From the IMG/VR virus record IMGVR_UViG_3300043540_000102, positions 1-48,975 of that record: 48,975 nucleotides of DNA. One strand, given 5' to 3'. Positions 34,040 to 44,224 of the stretch are shown piece by piece. The translations under genes and the position numbers were made by a program. Source of the stretch: a virus. Its lineage: Duplodnaviria; Caudoviricetes. The stretch's first letter is position 1. Each line of letters begins with the position of its first letter. The notes beneath the pieces are model-generated. The model was given only the letters and a program-made list of their open reading frames with translations. It was not told the origin of the DNA and searched no databases.

Positions 34040-35415
34040 ATGACAACGTCGTTGTCCCCTTCCGGGGCCGGGGAGGTAATGGGCAGAGGCCCCCCGGCGG
34101 AGGAGCGGGCGGCGGGGGCGCTCGCCCCGGCGTCGCTCAGCACATTGTTGAGGTCAAACTCCCCGAGCTGCACGCCGATCAGGTCAACGCCTTCTGGCGG
34201 CCCGGGCGGCTTCGCGCACTGCGCGCGGGGCGACGCTGGGGCAAGACGACCTTTGACTGCGTGCTGGCGGCTGACTTCGTTGCGAAGGGTGCCAATGTCG
34301 GATGGTTCGCCCCAAACTACAAATACCTCATGGAGTCCTTCCGCGATGTGGAGGAAATCCTTGAGCCGATCCTGACCGAGTCCAACCGTTCTGCCCCGCT
34401 GATGCGCGCCCGGACGGATGGGCGAGTGGACTTCTGGTCGCTGGAGGATGACAGGGCGGGGCGCGGCCGAAAATATCACCTTGTTATCGCCGATGAGGCC
34501 GCCTTCACTAAGCCGAACGCCATCGACACTTGGGAGCGGGCCATTCGGCCGACGCTCGTGGACTATCGCGGCGCGGCGCTCGTTTCGTCCAACACCAATG
34601 GTGTGAACCCTGAAAATTTCTTCTGGCAGGTGTGCTGTAACCCGAAATACGGCTTCGTGGAGTATCACGCCCCGTCCCGGGCCAATCCCTACCTCCCGCA
34701 GGAGGAGCTAGACGAAATTCAGGCCCGCGTCCATCCATTGGTGTGGATGCAGGAGTATGAAGCCGAATTCGTGGACTTCCGGGGCATTGCCTTCTTCTCC
34801 CTGAGCAAGTGGATGGAGGACGACCAGCCGGTGCCGAGCCCTGAGATCGTTGACACGATCTTCGTCACCCTCGACACCGCGATCAAGAGCGGCTCGGAAC
34901 ACGACGGCACCGGTGTGATCTACTGGGGCCTGTCGAACGTCCCCGAACCCCACTTGTTCATCCTCGATTATGACATCATTTCCATCAACGGCTCGCTGCT
35001 AGTGGAGTGGCTCCCTTCGGTTTTCCAGAGGCTTGAGCAGCTCGCCCGGACGATGAAGGTGCGCTTCGGCTGGGGTCAGGTCTATATCGAGGACAAGGGC
35101 TCAGGCACCATCCTCCTCCAAGCCGGTGAGGCCCGGGGTTGGCCGGTGGTGGCGATTGAGTCCGAGCTGACTGCAAAGGGCAAGGATGAGAGGGCGATGG
35201 CCGTCAACGGCGCGCACTACTCGGGCCAATGCAAGATCACCCAATACGCCTACGACAAGGTTGTAATGTTCCACGAGCACGAGGTCAATCACCTCGTTAC
35301 CCAAGTCACCAGCTTCCGTATCGGTGACAAGGAAGCGTATAAGAGGGCTGACGACTTGCTCGACTGCTATACCTACGGCCTGGCTATCGGACTTGGCAAC
35401 TGGAAGGGTTTCTGA
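34036..35415 (+). CDS. terL: Terminase large subunit
   Basis: AGRRWGKT Walker A, GRGR, IADEAA Walker B, QEY-x-AEF, and nuclease motifs DTA-x-K...DD-x-x-D. Confidence 0.95.
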   Translation: MNDNVVVPFRGRGGNGQRPPGGGAGGGGARPGVAQHIVEVKLPELHADQVNAFWRPGRLRALRAGRRWGKTTFDCVLAADFVAKGANVGWFAPNYKYLMESFRDVEEILEPILTESNRSAPLMRARTDGRVDFWSLEDDRAGRGRKYHLVIADEAAFTKPNAIDTWERAIRPTLVDYRGAALVSSNTNGVNPENFFWQVCCNPKYGFVEYHAPSRANPYLPQEELDEIQARVHPLVWMQEYEAEFVDFRGIAFFSLSKWMEDDQPVPSPEIVDTIFVTLDTAIKSGSEHDGTGVIYWGLSNVPEPHLFILDYDIISINGSLLVEWLPSVFQRLEQLARTMKVRFGWGQVYIEDKGSGTILLQAGEARGWPVVAIESELTAKGKDERAMAVNGAHYSGQCKITQYAYDKVVMFHEHEVNHLVTQVTSFRIGDKEAYKRADDLLDCYTYGLAIGLGNWKGF

Positions 35416-37013
35416 TGGCGACGATCAATGTTGGCTTCGACAGCCTCGGCAACACCCTTCGGGAAATCATGCTTGCCCCGGATATCACCCCGGGGGATGC
35501 CGTCAGCTATCAGACCTGCAAGCAGCTCTTCCTCTGGCACCCGCTCGGCTTCAAGATGGTCTGCGCCCCGCTCCAGCTCGCGCTCGCCGAAGGCCGGGAC
35601 ATTTCAGTGCCCAATTCCCCGGGGGAGCGTTGCACGGACGCCTTCAAGGCGCAGTGGGCTGAGATCAACGCTGACGCCTACATTTTCCAGACGGCAGCGA
35701 TGGCCCGCACCTACGGCATATCGTCGCTCGGGATGCTCGTGGACGGCGAGGAGAGCAGCAACCAGCTCCGGCCTTGGGAGCTGCCCGACGCCAACATCAG
35801 TTTCAATGTGTATGATCCGCTGAACACATCTGGCTCTCTGGTCCTGAATCAGAACCCGATGGCCATGAACTTCATGAAGGTCCAAGAGATCAGCGTGCAG
35901 GGGAACCAGTTTCACCGCTCGAAGGCGGTGACGATCATGAACGAATTCCCGGTGTATATCGCCTACTCCTCTTCAGCCTTTGGCTTCGTCGGCCGGAGCG
36001 TGTTCCAGCGGGCGCTGTACCCGATGAAATCGTTTCTCAAGACCATGATTGCTGACGACCTGATCGAGACCAAGGTGGGTGTCCTCGTTTCCAAGACCAA
36101 GCCCTCGGGGAGCATCGCCAACCAGATCATGAGGGCGGCTTTCGCGGACAAGCGGAATGTGGTCAAGGAAGCTGAGACCGGCAACGTGATCAACGTCTCG
36201 ATTGACGAGAGCGTCGAGAGCCTGAACCTCCAGAACATGGACGCCCCGCACGCCCTCGCCCGGCGCAATATCCTTGAGAACATTGCGACTTCGGCCGACA
36301 TGCCGATCAAGCTCCTTGCGCAGGAAGCCTTCGTGGAGGGCTTCGGGGAAGGCACCGAGGACGCCAAGGCCATCGCGCGATACATCGACCGATTGCGCTA
36401 TTCGCTCGACCCGTTGTTCAAATTCTTTGATCTTATCGCCATGCACCGGGCGTGGACGGAAGAGTTTTTCAAGGACATTCAGAAGGACTTCCCCAACACA
36501 TACGGCCAGATGTCGTACAAGGAAGCCTTCTACATGTGGAAGAATTCCTTCACGGCTTCCTGGCCCTCGATGCTCAAGGAGCCCGAGAGCGAACTGGCGC
36601 GTCTGGAGGATATTAAGCTCAAGGCAGTCATTGCCCTGATTCAGGTGTTCGAGCCGGTCCTTGACCTTGAGAACAAGATCGCTCTCTACCAGTGGGCCAC
36701 CGACAACATCAGCTCCAACCGGACAATGTTCATCAGCCCGCTGGAATTCGATTTCGATGCGCTCACCGCGAACCTTGAGGACCAACAGGCCCAGCAGGAG
36801 GAGCAGGCTAAGGCGCAGATGGAGGCGATGCGCCCCGGCGGCGAGGAGGAGCCCGAGGGCCAAGGCGGTCGCGTCAAGATGAGGATGGGGCAGGCGGACA
36901 GCCTCGCGGCGCGCTTCGATAAGGCCGCCAAGATACTCGGGGACTTCCCCCCGCAGGTCGCAGCCGCCTTTCCCCTTGACAAGCTCCGGGGCAAGCTGGG
37001 GCAGTCCAAATGA
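35415..37013 (+). CDS. Portal protein (DUF1073-like)
   Basis: Follows terL; 532 aa; AR-x-YG, FGEG-x-ED and WPS motifs. Confidence 0.85.
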   Translation: MATINVGFDSLGNTLREIMLAPDITPGDAVSYQTCKQLFLWHPLGFKMVCAPLQLALAEGRDISVPNSPGERCTDAFKAQWAEINADAYIFQTAAMARTYGISSLGMLVDGEESSNQLRPWELPDANISFNVYDPLNTSGSLVLNQNPMAMNFMKVQEISVQGNQFHRSKAVTIMNEFPVYIAYSSSAFGFVGRSVFQRALYPMKSFLKTMIADDLIETKVGVLVSKTKPSGSIANQIMRAAFADKRNVVKEAETGNVINVSIDESVESLNLQNMDAPHALARRNILENIATSADMPIKLLAQEAFVEGFGEGTEDAKAIARYIDRLRYSLDPLFKFFDLIAMHRAWTEEFFKDIQKDFPNTYGQMSYKEAFYMWKNSFTASWPSMLKEPESELARLEDIKLKAVIALIQVFEPVLDLENKIALYQWATDNISSNRTMFISPLEFDFDALTANLEDQQAQQEEQAKAQMEAMRPGGEEEPEGQGGRVKMRMGQADSLAARFDKAAKILGDFPPQVAAAFPLDKLRGKLGQSK

Positions 37014-37990
37014 GCCCAAAGCTCGAATTCGCCAAGGTGATCCGGGAGGCAATCGCCTTCTTCCAGCAGCACGGCTACACGTCGCAATCTGATCTGGATA
37101 CGTGGTCCGCGCGAATCGAGGCGGCGGCGAAGAATGCGATGCTCCCACCCAAGCAGTCTGCGCAGCAGCTCGCCGAGTATCTGTCAAGCATCTACCAACG
37201 CAACACGCGGAAAATCCCCCAGAGGCTTCGCGCGCTTCAGCAGCAGTTCGCTAAAGCACAGAGGATGTCGCCGAGGATGTTCTTTGCTCCCTACGTGTCC
37301 GAGCCCCAGCTGCAGGCGAAGATGCGCAAGGAGCTTGACGCGAGGGTGCTACAATCAGTCGGATTGATCAAGCTGCGGCAGGAAGCGGCGGTCAACGGGA
37401 CGCTCCGGCGGTTCAAAGGCTGGGTCTCCTCGCTCCCGATGCAGGCCCAGATGACCCAAGGCTATGGCGGGGAGCCCTACGCGACCATTCCAATCCACCG
37501 GCGGCCCAAGAATTCAGAGGCGGCCAACGACCTCAAAGAATCGCTTGCGAAAACGGTCAGACAGGTTAAATTCGAGAAGAACCGGCTCAACACGGATCAG
37601 GGCCACAAGCTCAACGCCGCGCTGAACGCCGTCCTCGCCGAGAACACCGGGGCCATCGCGGTTGTGTGGCACTCGCATTGGCGGCAGAACCCGACCCGGG
37701 AAAAGGGCGGCTATCAGTGGAGGCGGGACCACAAGAACAGGGATGGGCAGGTCTATGCTATCGAGGGCAATTGGGCCTTGAAGGCGGGGCTCATGAAGGC
37801 GGTCCCGAGACCCGACTGCCCCAGCGGTTATTATCAGGCCCTTGAAGCCGAGGGCGAGGGCTTTAGCCAGCCGGTATTCTGCCGCTGCTACGGGCAGTAC
37901 ATCTACAACATCGATGCTCTGCCCCCGGATATGCTGACAGCGAAGGGCAAAAAGACCTTGGCCGACGTTGAGAAGGAAATGGCGCTATGA
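37010..37990 (+). CDS. Head morphogenesis/minor head protein (SPP1 gp7/MuF-like)
   Basis: DQGHKL, W-x-x-H, R-x-x-H-x-x-RDG and FCRC motifs. Confidence 0.75.
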   Translation: MSPKLEFAKVIREAIAFFQQHGYTSQSDLDTWSARIEAAAKNAMLPPKQSAQQLAEYLSSIYQRNTRKIPQRLRALQQQFAKAQRMSPRMFFAPYVSEPQLQAKMRKELDARVLQSVGLIKLRQEAAVNGTLRRFKGWVSSLPMQAQMTQGYGGEPYATIPIHRRPKNSEAANDLKESLAKTVRQVKFEKNRLNTDQGHKLNAALNAVLAENTGAIAVVWHSHWRQNPTREKGGYQWRRDHKNRDGQVYAIEGNWALKAGLMKAVPRPDCPSGYYQALEAEGEGFSQPVFCRCYGQYIYNIDALPPDMLTAKGKKTLADVEKEMAL

Positions 37991-38322
37991 AGCAACCTAA
38001 CGATCAAGCGCTTGCTCTTGGTGCGATGCCGGTTACAGTCGCCCCGAGACCGACTTGGACGGGGAATTCCCCTCCGAACAACAGTCACGACCCAGAGTCG
38101 GCTATCCCTGTCTATTTCGTGTCGGAGCCTGCCCCGGCGGCGTCACACCCCAACGCTCAAAACAACGCGGCTGGGGCCTTGCCCGTGTATCAGGGCTCCT
38201 ACGCAAATGCAATACCTGTTTGGGACGCGGGCGGCCCGCCTACCCCTGACGCCCAAGGGCGCTACCCCACAGACCCTCGAAACCCAAATGCCGCGATACC
38301 CGTTTGGGATGCGGGGGGATAA
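37987..38322 (+). CDS. Pro/Asn-rich protein with four A(I/L)PV(W/Y) repeats
   Basis: ATGA-coupled to the upstream gene; internal repeats visible. Confidence 0.6.
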   Translation: MKQPNDQALALGAMPVTVAPRPTWTGNSPPNNSHDPESAIPVYFVSEPAPAASHPNAQNNAAGALPVYQGSYANAIPVWDAGGPPTPDAQGRYPTDPRNPNAAIPVWDAGG

Positions 38323-38418
38323 TTGCGCCTCCTTCAATAACCGGGGGCCGCACGGTTCCGATTACAGCGCCCCTGTGTCGGTGTGGATTTACGTCGTCTG
38401 ATCCCCCGGAATAAGGGC

Positions 38419-38447
38419 TTGTGAAAATGCAAACGGGGCCTTATACT
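38419..38447 (+). promoter_or_regulatory. Sigma70-like promoter for head genes
   Basis: TTGTGA-17 bp-TATACT. Confidence 0.55.
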
Positions 38448-38486
38448 GCCCGATGAACCAAGCTGTCACCATGATAGGGGACAAAC

Positions 38487-38918
38487 ATGCCGCTGACCTC
38501 CAAAGGCAAAGAAATCAAGGCCGCCATGACCAAGGAATATGGGGCCAAGAAGGGTGAGCGGGTGTTCTACGCCTCGAAGAACGCCGGCAAGATCAGCGGC
38601 GTGGATGATGCCGAAGCCTTGGACCTTCCCGCCCAGCTCCGGGACGCTGAAGAGGCGCTCGGCGCTCTGGAGCCCACCGAGCGCAAGAACGCGGTGGACG
38701 ACCACAAGCAGAAGATTCAGGCGCTCCGGGACGAAATCCGCAATCAGGTCCGGTCAGCGCTCAAGGGCGAGGGCTCGAAGTCCGACGCGCTCGCCGAGCT
38801 GGAGGCGAAGCAGGACACTGAGCTATTGGTCAAGCAACTCGCCGACGCGGTGGGGGCGGCCGAAGCGCGGATGGAATCGCTGGTGTCCCAACGCAAGACC
38901 AAGGGGTTCGTCCGGTGA
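38487..38918 (+). CDS. Head-module coiled-coil protein
   Basis: N-terminal 'MPLT-x-KG-x-x-I-x-x-AM-x-x-x-YG-x-x-KGE-x-VFYAS-x-N' motif seen in phage head regions. Confidence 0.65.
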   Translation: MPLTSKGKEIKAAMTKEYGAKKGERVFYASKNAGKISGVDDAEALDLPAQLRDAEEALGALEPTERKNAVDDHKQKIQALRDEIRNQVRSALKGEGSKSDALAELEAKQDTELLVKQLADAVGAAEARMESLVSQRKTKGFVR

Positions 38919-41551
38919 CGATCAATGCATCCGGCATCCTCTTCCGGTCCCCCGAAGGCCGGGTGCTGCTGTTGCGGCGCTCGGACACCGGGGGCTGGGC
39001 TTACCCCGGCGGGCACATCGAGGCGGGGGAAACCCCGGCTGAAGCGGCGGTCCGGGAGGCCATGGAGGAAGTCGGATACAAGGTTAAGCATGCGGGCGTG
39101 TTCCACACCAAGCGGGTCCGGAACGGCGTGAACTTCACCACGTATCTGTACGATTGTGAAGAGGAATTTGTCCCCAAGCTCAATCATGAGCACACGGATT
39201 ACATGTGGATTGCCCCCAACCTGGCGATCCAGAAATCCATGCTGCCCGAGAAGAGCGCCAAGAAGGACGACACCCGGGCTGACGCCGCTTGGGAAGAGGG
39301 CAAGCACCCCCGGGGGCCTGACGGCAAATTCGCCCCAATTGGATCCAGCGGCGCGAATCCGGAGCATGTGACTGGTTGGAAGTCGATCAGCGGCGCGCAA
39401 GGCTATACCACCGGTGGTGTGTTCCAATCCCCGGACGGCACACAGCATTATGTCAAGTTTCCCAGCGAAAAGGCCGCCAAGACGGAAGTCTTGTCTGGGG
39501 AGATACTGAAACAGATTGGGGTTAATACGGTCAACCCCGTATTCCAATACACGAATAATGAACCCTCGGTGTCCTCAGAACTTGACCCCAACCTGAAGCA
39601 GCTGAAACTGAGCGACCTCACTGACCCGCAGGCCCTTACCCCCGAGCAGAGAGTTCAGCTCGCCGAGATGTACGCGGCGGCGGTCCTGACCAACAATTGG
39701 GATGCGATTGGTGGCGAAGGCGGTATGCCGATCAATGTCATGATGTCGGAGGGGACGAAGGACCTGACCCAACTCGACCTCGGGGGCTCCTTCGATTTTA
39801 AGGGGGTGGGGTCAGCCAAACCGTTCAACGCCGACCCGACCGATACGCTTGAGAACATGCTCAACCCCGCCTTCTCCTCTGGGAAGGTGTTCGGAAAGCT
39901 GTTTGACAAATACCCGGGGATTTACCAGGCTGCTCTGAAGGCCCTTGAAAAGATTGACATGGAGCAAGCCAAGTGGGCCTTCAAGCAGTCCGGGCTCCCC
40001 AACGCCAAGGGGCTTTTTGAGACCTTCGCGGCGCGCAAGGCGGCCATGGAGAAGGCATTCAAGGACAAGGTTGCCCTCGCTGGAGGGTCCGTGTCCCTCA
40101 ATCTTCCGGCCATGGAGCCGTTGAAGGAGGAGCCCGGGGAGGCTGTCGAGGACCCGTTGAGCGCCCCGCTCTCCGAGGACTTCAAGTCCGCGTCCAAAGC
40201 CTACGCCTCCATGCTCATGACGGGCTTCAAGGGAATCGAGAAGGGCACGCCGGAATATGTTGCCAAGCAGGCTGAGTTGGCTGGTCTGAAGGCCAAGATG
40301 ACCTCGCTTGCGCCCAAGGGCTATTTCGAAGCGAAGGCGGCGGCGACCAAGGCCAAGAAGGCGGCGAAGGCGGCGGCAGCAAAGCCCGCACCGGCTCCGG
40401 CGGCCCCGGCGGAGCCGGTGAACCTCTTCAAGGCGGCGGAGAACTACGACAAAAGCAAGGACACCTTCAATAAAGCCGTCAACGAGCTGATGGCGGCTGA
40501 AGTTGGCTTTATGCACGGGAAAGACCCTGAGCAATACAAGGAAATCCTGAGCAAGTTCGAAGCCGAGCTGCCTAAGTTCAAGCAGGCGGCGTCCGAAGCC
40601 GAACAGGCAGTTAAATCCCATTTCGCGGGCCAAGGCGAAACGATGCCGGCGGCGAGCAAGGAGAAATACGCCGAGCTGCACGACTACATTGCGACGGCGG
40701 AGAAATTCCTGTCCACTAAGAAGCTCCTGCAGAAAACCATCGAGGACTACGGCAAGAAGTCCAACATGGGACAGAAGGCGCTCCAGAACCACATCGCGGC
40801 GAAACAGGCTTTCCAGAACGCAAAGTCGGCCTATGAAAGCGGTCCAAAGGCCCCGGGTACGTCGGCACAGCAGAGCACCCCCGGGACACCTACGCCAGCC
40901 GCGAGCCCCTATAAGGACATGGGGCTGGAGAACCCGACCAAGGTCAAGAAGGCTTTCGGCAACGTGAGCATCAAGGGCATGGCCCGAAACGAAAGCCTCG
41001 CTCTCCACAAGGCCCTTGGTTCGGCGATGGGCCAGAAGATGCTTCATGGGCCAGAAGCTATTGCCCTGGCGAGCTACAAGGGCACCGGCTATAAGGGTGT
41101 GAACGCGCAGCTGCGGGCCGGCAAGGGCCTCTCCATGGCCAATGCGGTTAAGGCGGCGGCGCTCGACACAGCGACCCTCTCGGGGACGATACCCGCCAAC
41201 ACGGTATTCTACCGGGGCGTTAAATCATGGCAGGAAGCCGGTTTTAATATGCACCCCGAGCATGCGGTCAAGACCGGCGCAGCCTATCACGACAACGGCT
41301 ATGTCTCCATCTCCAGCTCGAAGCAATTCGCCCGGAATTGGGCTGGAGGAGGAAGCGACGCGATTCTGTTCGAGTGCAAGTTCACGAAGGAGAGCCCGGG
41401 GTGTCACGTTGGGTTGGCTCAGGGGCACGAAGACACTCACGAGCGTGAGGTGGTCCTCCCCCGGGGGCGGAACCTCTGGAAGCTGACCGGCTATCGGACA
41501 GAGACCATCAATGGTGCGGATATCCACGTTGTAACCATGGAGACGATGTGA
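38915..41551 (+). CDS. Polyvalent protein: Nudix + HPR motif + HipA/PI-kinase-like domain + helical linker + ADP-ribosyltransferase
   Basis: Nudix box GG-x5-E-x7-RE-x2-EE-x-G; [14 protein letters not shown]; YVK..E..NWD..N..LDLG; ART motifs YRG, S-x-S and ERE. Confidence 0.8.
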   Translation: MTINASGILFRSPEGRVLLLRRSDTGGWAYPGGHIEAGETPAEAAVREAMEEVGYKVKHAGVFHTKRVRNGVNFTTYLYDCEEEFVPKLNHEHTDYMWIAPNLAIQKSMLPEKSAKKDDTRADAAWEEGKHPRGPDGKFAPIGSSGANPEHVTGWKSISGAQGYTTGGVFQSPDGTQHYVKFPSEKAAKTEVLSGEILKQIGVNTVNPVFQYTNNEPSVSSELDPNLKQLKLSDLTDPQALTPEQRVQLAEMYAAAVLTNNWDAIGGEGGMPINVMMSEGTKDLTQLDLGGSFDFKGVGSAKPFNADPTDTLENMLNPAFSSGKVFGKLFDKYPGIYQAALKALEKIDMEQAKWAFKQSGLPNAKGLFETFAARKAAMEKAFKDKVALAGGSVSLNLPAMEPLKEEPGEAVEDPLSAPLSEDFKSASKAYASMLMTGFKGIEKGTPEYVAKQAELAGLKAKMTSLAPKGYFEAKAAATKAKKAAKAAAAKPAPAPAAPAEPVNLFKAAENYDKSKDTFNKAVNELMAAEVGFMHGKDPEQYKEILSKFEAELPKFKQAASEAEQAVKSHFAGQGETMPAASKEKYAELHDYIATAEKFLSTKKLLQKTIEDYGKKSNMGQKALQNHIAAKQAFQNAKSAYESGPKAPGTSAQQSTPGTPTPAASPYKDMGLENPTKVKKAFGNVSIKGMARNESLALHKALGSAMGQKMLHGPEAIALASYKGTGYKGVNAQLRAGKGLSMANAVKAAALDTATLSGTIPANTVFYRGVKSWQEAGFNMHPEHAVKTGAAYHDNGYVSISSSKQFARNWAGGGSDAILFECKFTKESPGCHVGLAQGHEDTHEREVVLPRGRNLWKLTGYRTETINGADIHVVTMETM

Positions 41552-41832
41552 TGCCCGAAGGCCAGCTGTTCAATCCGGCACTAGGCCCGCCGCGCCTACC
41601 CGAGGACATGGTGCCCTTTTATGAGAGCTACATTCCGGTTAAGCTGGAGGGCCAGCCTGAGCGGATTGCTGCTGCTTTGGAGGCTCTCGCCGAGCGCGAC
41701 CAAGTCAAGCTGGAGGAAATCCTCAACCCTTGGGCTCCCCCCGGGGGACCCGCTGAGGTTGACCCCCAGAGCGGTTTGTCCGAGGAAGAGGAAATCGCGT
41801 TGCTGACTGAACTCGGTTTTGATTTGGATTGA
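41548..41832 (+). CDS. Small acidic protein
   Basis: GTGA overlap with the ART gene; E/D/P-rich. Confidence 0.55.
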   Translation: MMPEGQLFNPALGPPRLPEDMVPFYESYIPVKLEGQPERIAAALEALAERDQVKLEEILNPWAPPGGPAEVDPQSGLSEEEEIALLTELGFDLD

Positions 41833-41836
41833 GCCA

Positions 41837-42601
41837 ATGGACTTTGAGCTCCACCCCGGGGTTCTGATCGCCCTTCGAAAGCTCACCTTCAACGAGTTTG
41901 AGGTGGCTGAAGCTATGCGCGACGGTGAGCTGGCCTCGCCACAGCCGTTCGAGAATGTATTGCTGGTGGATATGCGGATCAGCGGCACTGGCGTCTCTTA
42001 TCGGCCGAAGCTGAAGGAGTGGGTGTATAGGCGGCCCGAAATCTACCTGACCAAGGACTTTCTCCGCCGGTGCCAAGGGCTCCCGGTCATCTACGAACAC
42101 CCCGAAAAAGCGATGCTTGACTCCGATTCTTTCGCGAAACAGATTGTCGGGGTGATGCAATTACCGTATATCAAAGGGGATGATGTTTGGGGCATTGCTC
42201 GGATTTATGACCGGGAAACCGCGAAGCAGCTGAGCGAGGAGACCCTTTCCACCTCACCCAGTGTGGTCTTTCGAGACCCGCAGGTGAATTACGAGGTTCA
42301 ACTAGACAATGGTGAATCCATGCTAGTTGAAGGTAACCCCTCCTATATCGACCATCTCGCAATCTGCGAGCGGGGGGTGTGGGACAAGGGCGGGGACGCC
42401 ACCGGAATTCGGGTGGACAGCGAAGGCTCGGTGCCAGTAATGGATGACCGAATTTTCGCCCTAGCCGATTCAGTTGAGTCCCTTGTAGAGCGTATCCAGC
42501 GCGTTCAAGTTAAAAAGTCCATTGACCGATTAGCAAAAAGGCTGGATAAATACGCGACCCGGAAAAAAGCTCAGATGAGCTATCTCAGGAGTTCAACATG
42601 A
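41837..42601 (+). CDS. DUF2213-like prohead protease candidate
   Basis: G-x-PVI-x-EHP, LSTSP and DHLAIC-x-x-GVWD motifs; lies before the scaffold and capsid genes. Confidence 0.75.
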   Translation: MDFELHPGVLIALRKLTFNEFEVAEAMRDGELASPQPFENVLLVDMRISGTGVSYRPKLKEWVYRRPEIYLTKDFLRRCQGLPVIYEHPEKAMLDSDSFAKQIVGVMQLPYIKGDDVWGIARIYDRETAKQLSEETLSTSPSVVFRDPQVNYEVQLDNGESMLVEGNPSYIDHLAICERGVWDKGGDATGIRVDSEGSVPVMDDRIFALADSVESLVERIQRVQVKKSIDRLAKRLDKYATRKKAQMSYLRSST

Positions 42602-43524
42602 CGACGAAGGCCGATCAGAAGGCGGGCACAGGCGAGCCTTTGGACAAGGTGCTCGACTCCCTCACCATCCTGCACGCCCGCATGGACGCTCTGGAAACAG
42701 AGACCAAGAACCCCATCAAGGAGGGGGAGGACGACGACGATGACGACCGGAAGGACGCCACCGCCGAAGAAGAGGGCGAAGAGGAGGGCAAGGTGCCCCC
42801 GGTGGTCGCCGACAAAAAGCGCAAGGACGATTCCAAGCGCAAGGATGGCGATCTGGAGCTCAAACACGAAGGTGGGGAAGTGATCCAGAAAGCCGACAAA
42901 AAGCGCAAGGATTCGAAGCGCGGTGACGACGACGACGACCGGAAGGCCGCCGCTCACTGTGCCGACGACTATGATGACGACGACGACGACCGGAAGGACG
43001 CCTGGGGCGACGACGATGACGACGACGACAAGCGCAAGGATTCGCGCGCCGATTCGGCGACTGTCCGGGCACTCAAGAAGCGTCTCGCCGAGCTGGAGCG
43101 GAAGGTGCGCCCGATCTCCGACGAAGAGCATTCAGCCTTCGCCGATGCTCAGTCCCGCGCCGACTCGATCTTCAACGGCTTCGGCAAGCGCGCTCCCCGG
43201 CCGCTCGAAGGCGAGAGCCTTCTGAACTACCGCAAGCGTCTCGCCGGACACCTCAAAACCTATTCGGACAGCTGGAAGGGCATCAAGCTCACGCAGCTCC
43301 CCGACGCGGCTTTCGATGTGGCCGAGCGGCAGATTTACGCCGACAGCGAGCGGGCGGCGGCTTCCCCGGTGGACCTCGGGGAAGGCGAACTGCGCGCGGT
43401 TACGCGCCAGGACGCAACGACGGGGCAGAGGACCACCGTGTTTTACGGTAAGGACTCCTTCGTCAAGTCCATGGGTCGCCCGTCCCGCCGCGTGCGGGGT
43501 TTCCGTATATCCTCGGGGAACTGA
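42598..43524 (+). CDS. Capsid scaffolding protein
   Basis: Highly charged, with D-run/RKD repeats and a conserved-looking C-terminal P-x-x-GE-x-x-x-x-YR-x-R. Confidence 0.7.
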   Translation: MTTKADQKAGTGEPLDKVLDSLTILHARMDALETETKNPIKEGEDDDDDDRKDATAEEEGEEEGKVPPVVADKKRKDDSKRKDGDLELKHEGGEVIQKADKKRKDSKRGDDDDDRKAAAHCADDYDDDDDDRKDAWGDDDDDDDKRKDSRADSATVRALKKRLAELERKVRPISDEEHSAFADAQSRADSIFNGFGKRAPRPLEGESLLNYRKRLAGHLKTYSDSWKGIKLTQLPDAAFDVAERQIYADSERAAASPVDLGEGELRAVTRQDATTGQRTTVFYGKDSFVKSMGRPSRRVRGFRISSGN

Positions 43525-43574
43525 GGGGCGCACCAGTGCCCCTTTCCACCCACCCACGCACAAGGGTTTGACCC

Positions 43575-44186
43575 ATGACCGCTCAGTTTTCCATTAACCC
43601 CAACGCGACGACGAATGCTGCGGGCTCGTTTAATGTCCAGTCCAGAGGCCTCATCGTCGGTACTGCCTATCCGGACCCGTCCACGCGCTTTGCGTTGTCG
43701 GGCGGCATCCTCGCCACCACCGAAACCCTGCCCATGTTCGGCGGCGTCGGCATCGGCGAAAATATCCCCGGCGCAGGCGCGAAGCCCACGGACAGCTCCC
43801 TCGGGGGCACCATTGTCCGTGCCACGGGGGGAACCAACCTCACCGGCTTCTCGGTATTCGACCAGAACTATTCGGCGATCAATGCGCCGGAATCGCCGGT
43901 GCCCCAGACGCTTTCCGGCGGCTTGGTCAACTTCTACCGGCTCGGCTCCGGGGCGCGTGTCGCGCTGGCCATCGACCCGAGTCTGGCGTCCCTTGAAGGC
44001 GGCCTCATCACCCAGCAAGTGTCGTGGGATTTTACCAATCAGCGGGTCATCGCGTTCGACGGGACCGCTCTGCCGGTGAAAATCCTGCTCGTGGATATCG
44101 GCAACAGCTGGGTGCCGGTCTATAACGCTGGAACCGGCTTCGTCACGTGGAACATGTCTGGCTCCGCCTGCGTCGCCCTCATCTGA
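43575..44186 (+). CDS. Head decoration/cement protein
   Basis: About 200 aa, beta-rich, between the scaffold and major capsid genes. Confidence 0.65.
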   Translation: MTAQFSINPNATTNAAGSFNVQSRGLIVGTAYPDPSTRFALSGGILATTETLPMFGGVGIGENIPGAGAKPTDSSLGGTIVRATGGTNLTGFSVFDQNYSAINAPESPVPQTLSGGLVNFYRLGSGARVALAIDPSLASLEGGLITQQVSWDFTNQRVIAFDGTALPVKILLVDIGNSWVPVYNAGTGFVTWNMSGSACVALI

Positions 44187-44224
44187 AACCGCCCGCAACA
44201 CGCGGCTAAACTTGGAGAACTACG

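Noticed and set aside
39206-41825. Intein or self-splicing intron explaining the Nudix/DUF2213 split
   Set aside because: There are no C/S...HN intein termini, a stop codon and a separate ORF lie within the interval, and no intron structure was recognised.
42720-43050. GAC/GAT microsatellite as a contingency locus
   Set aside because: These are in-frame codon repeats that encode the Asp-rich scaffold and are explained by the protein sequence.
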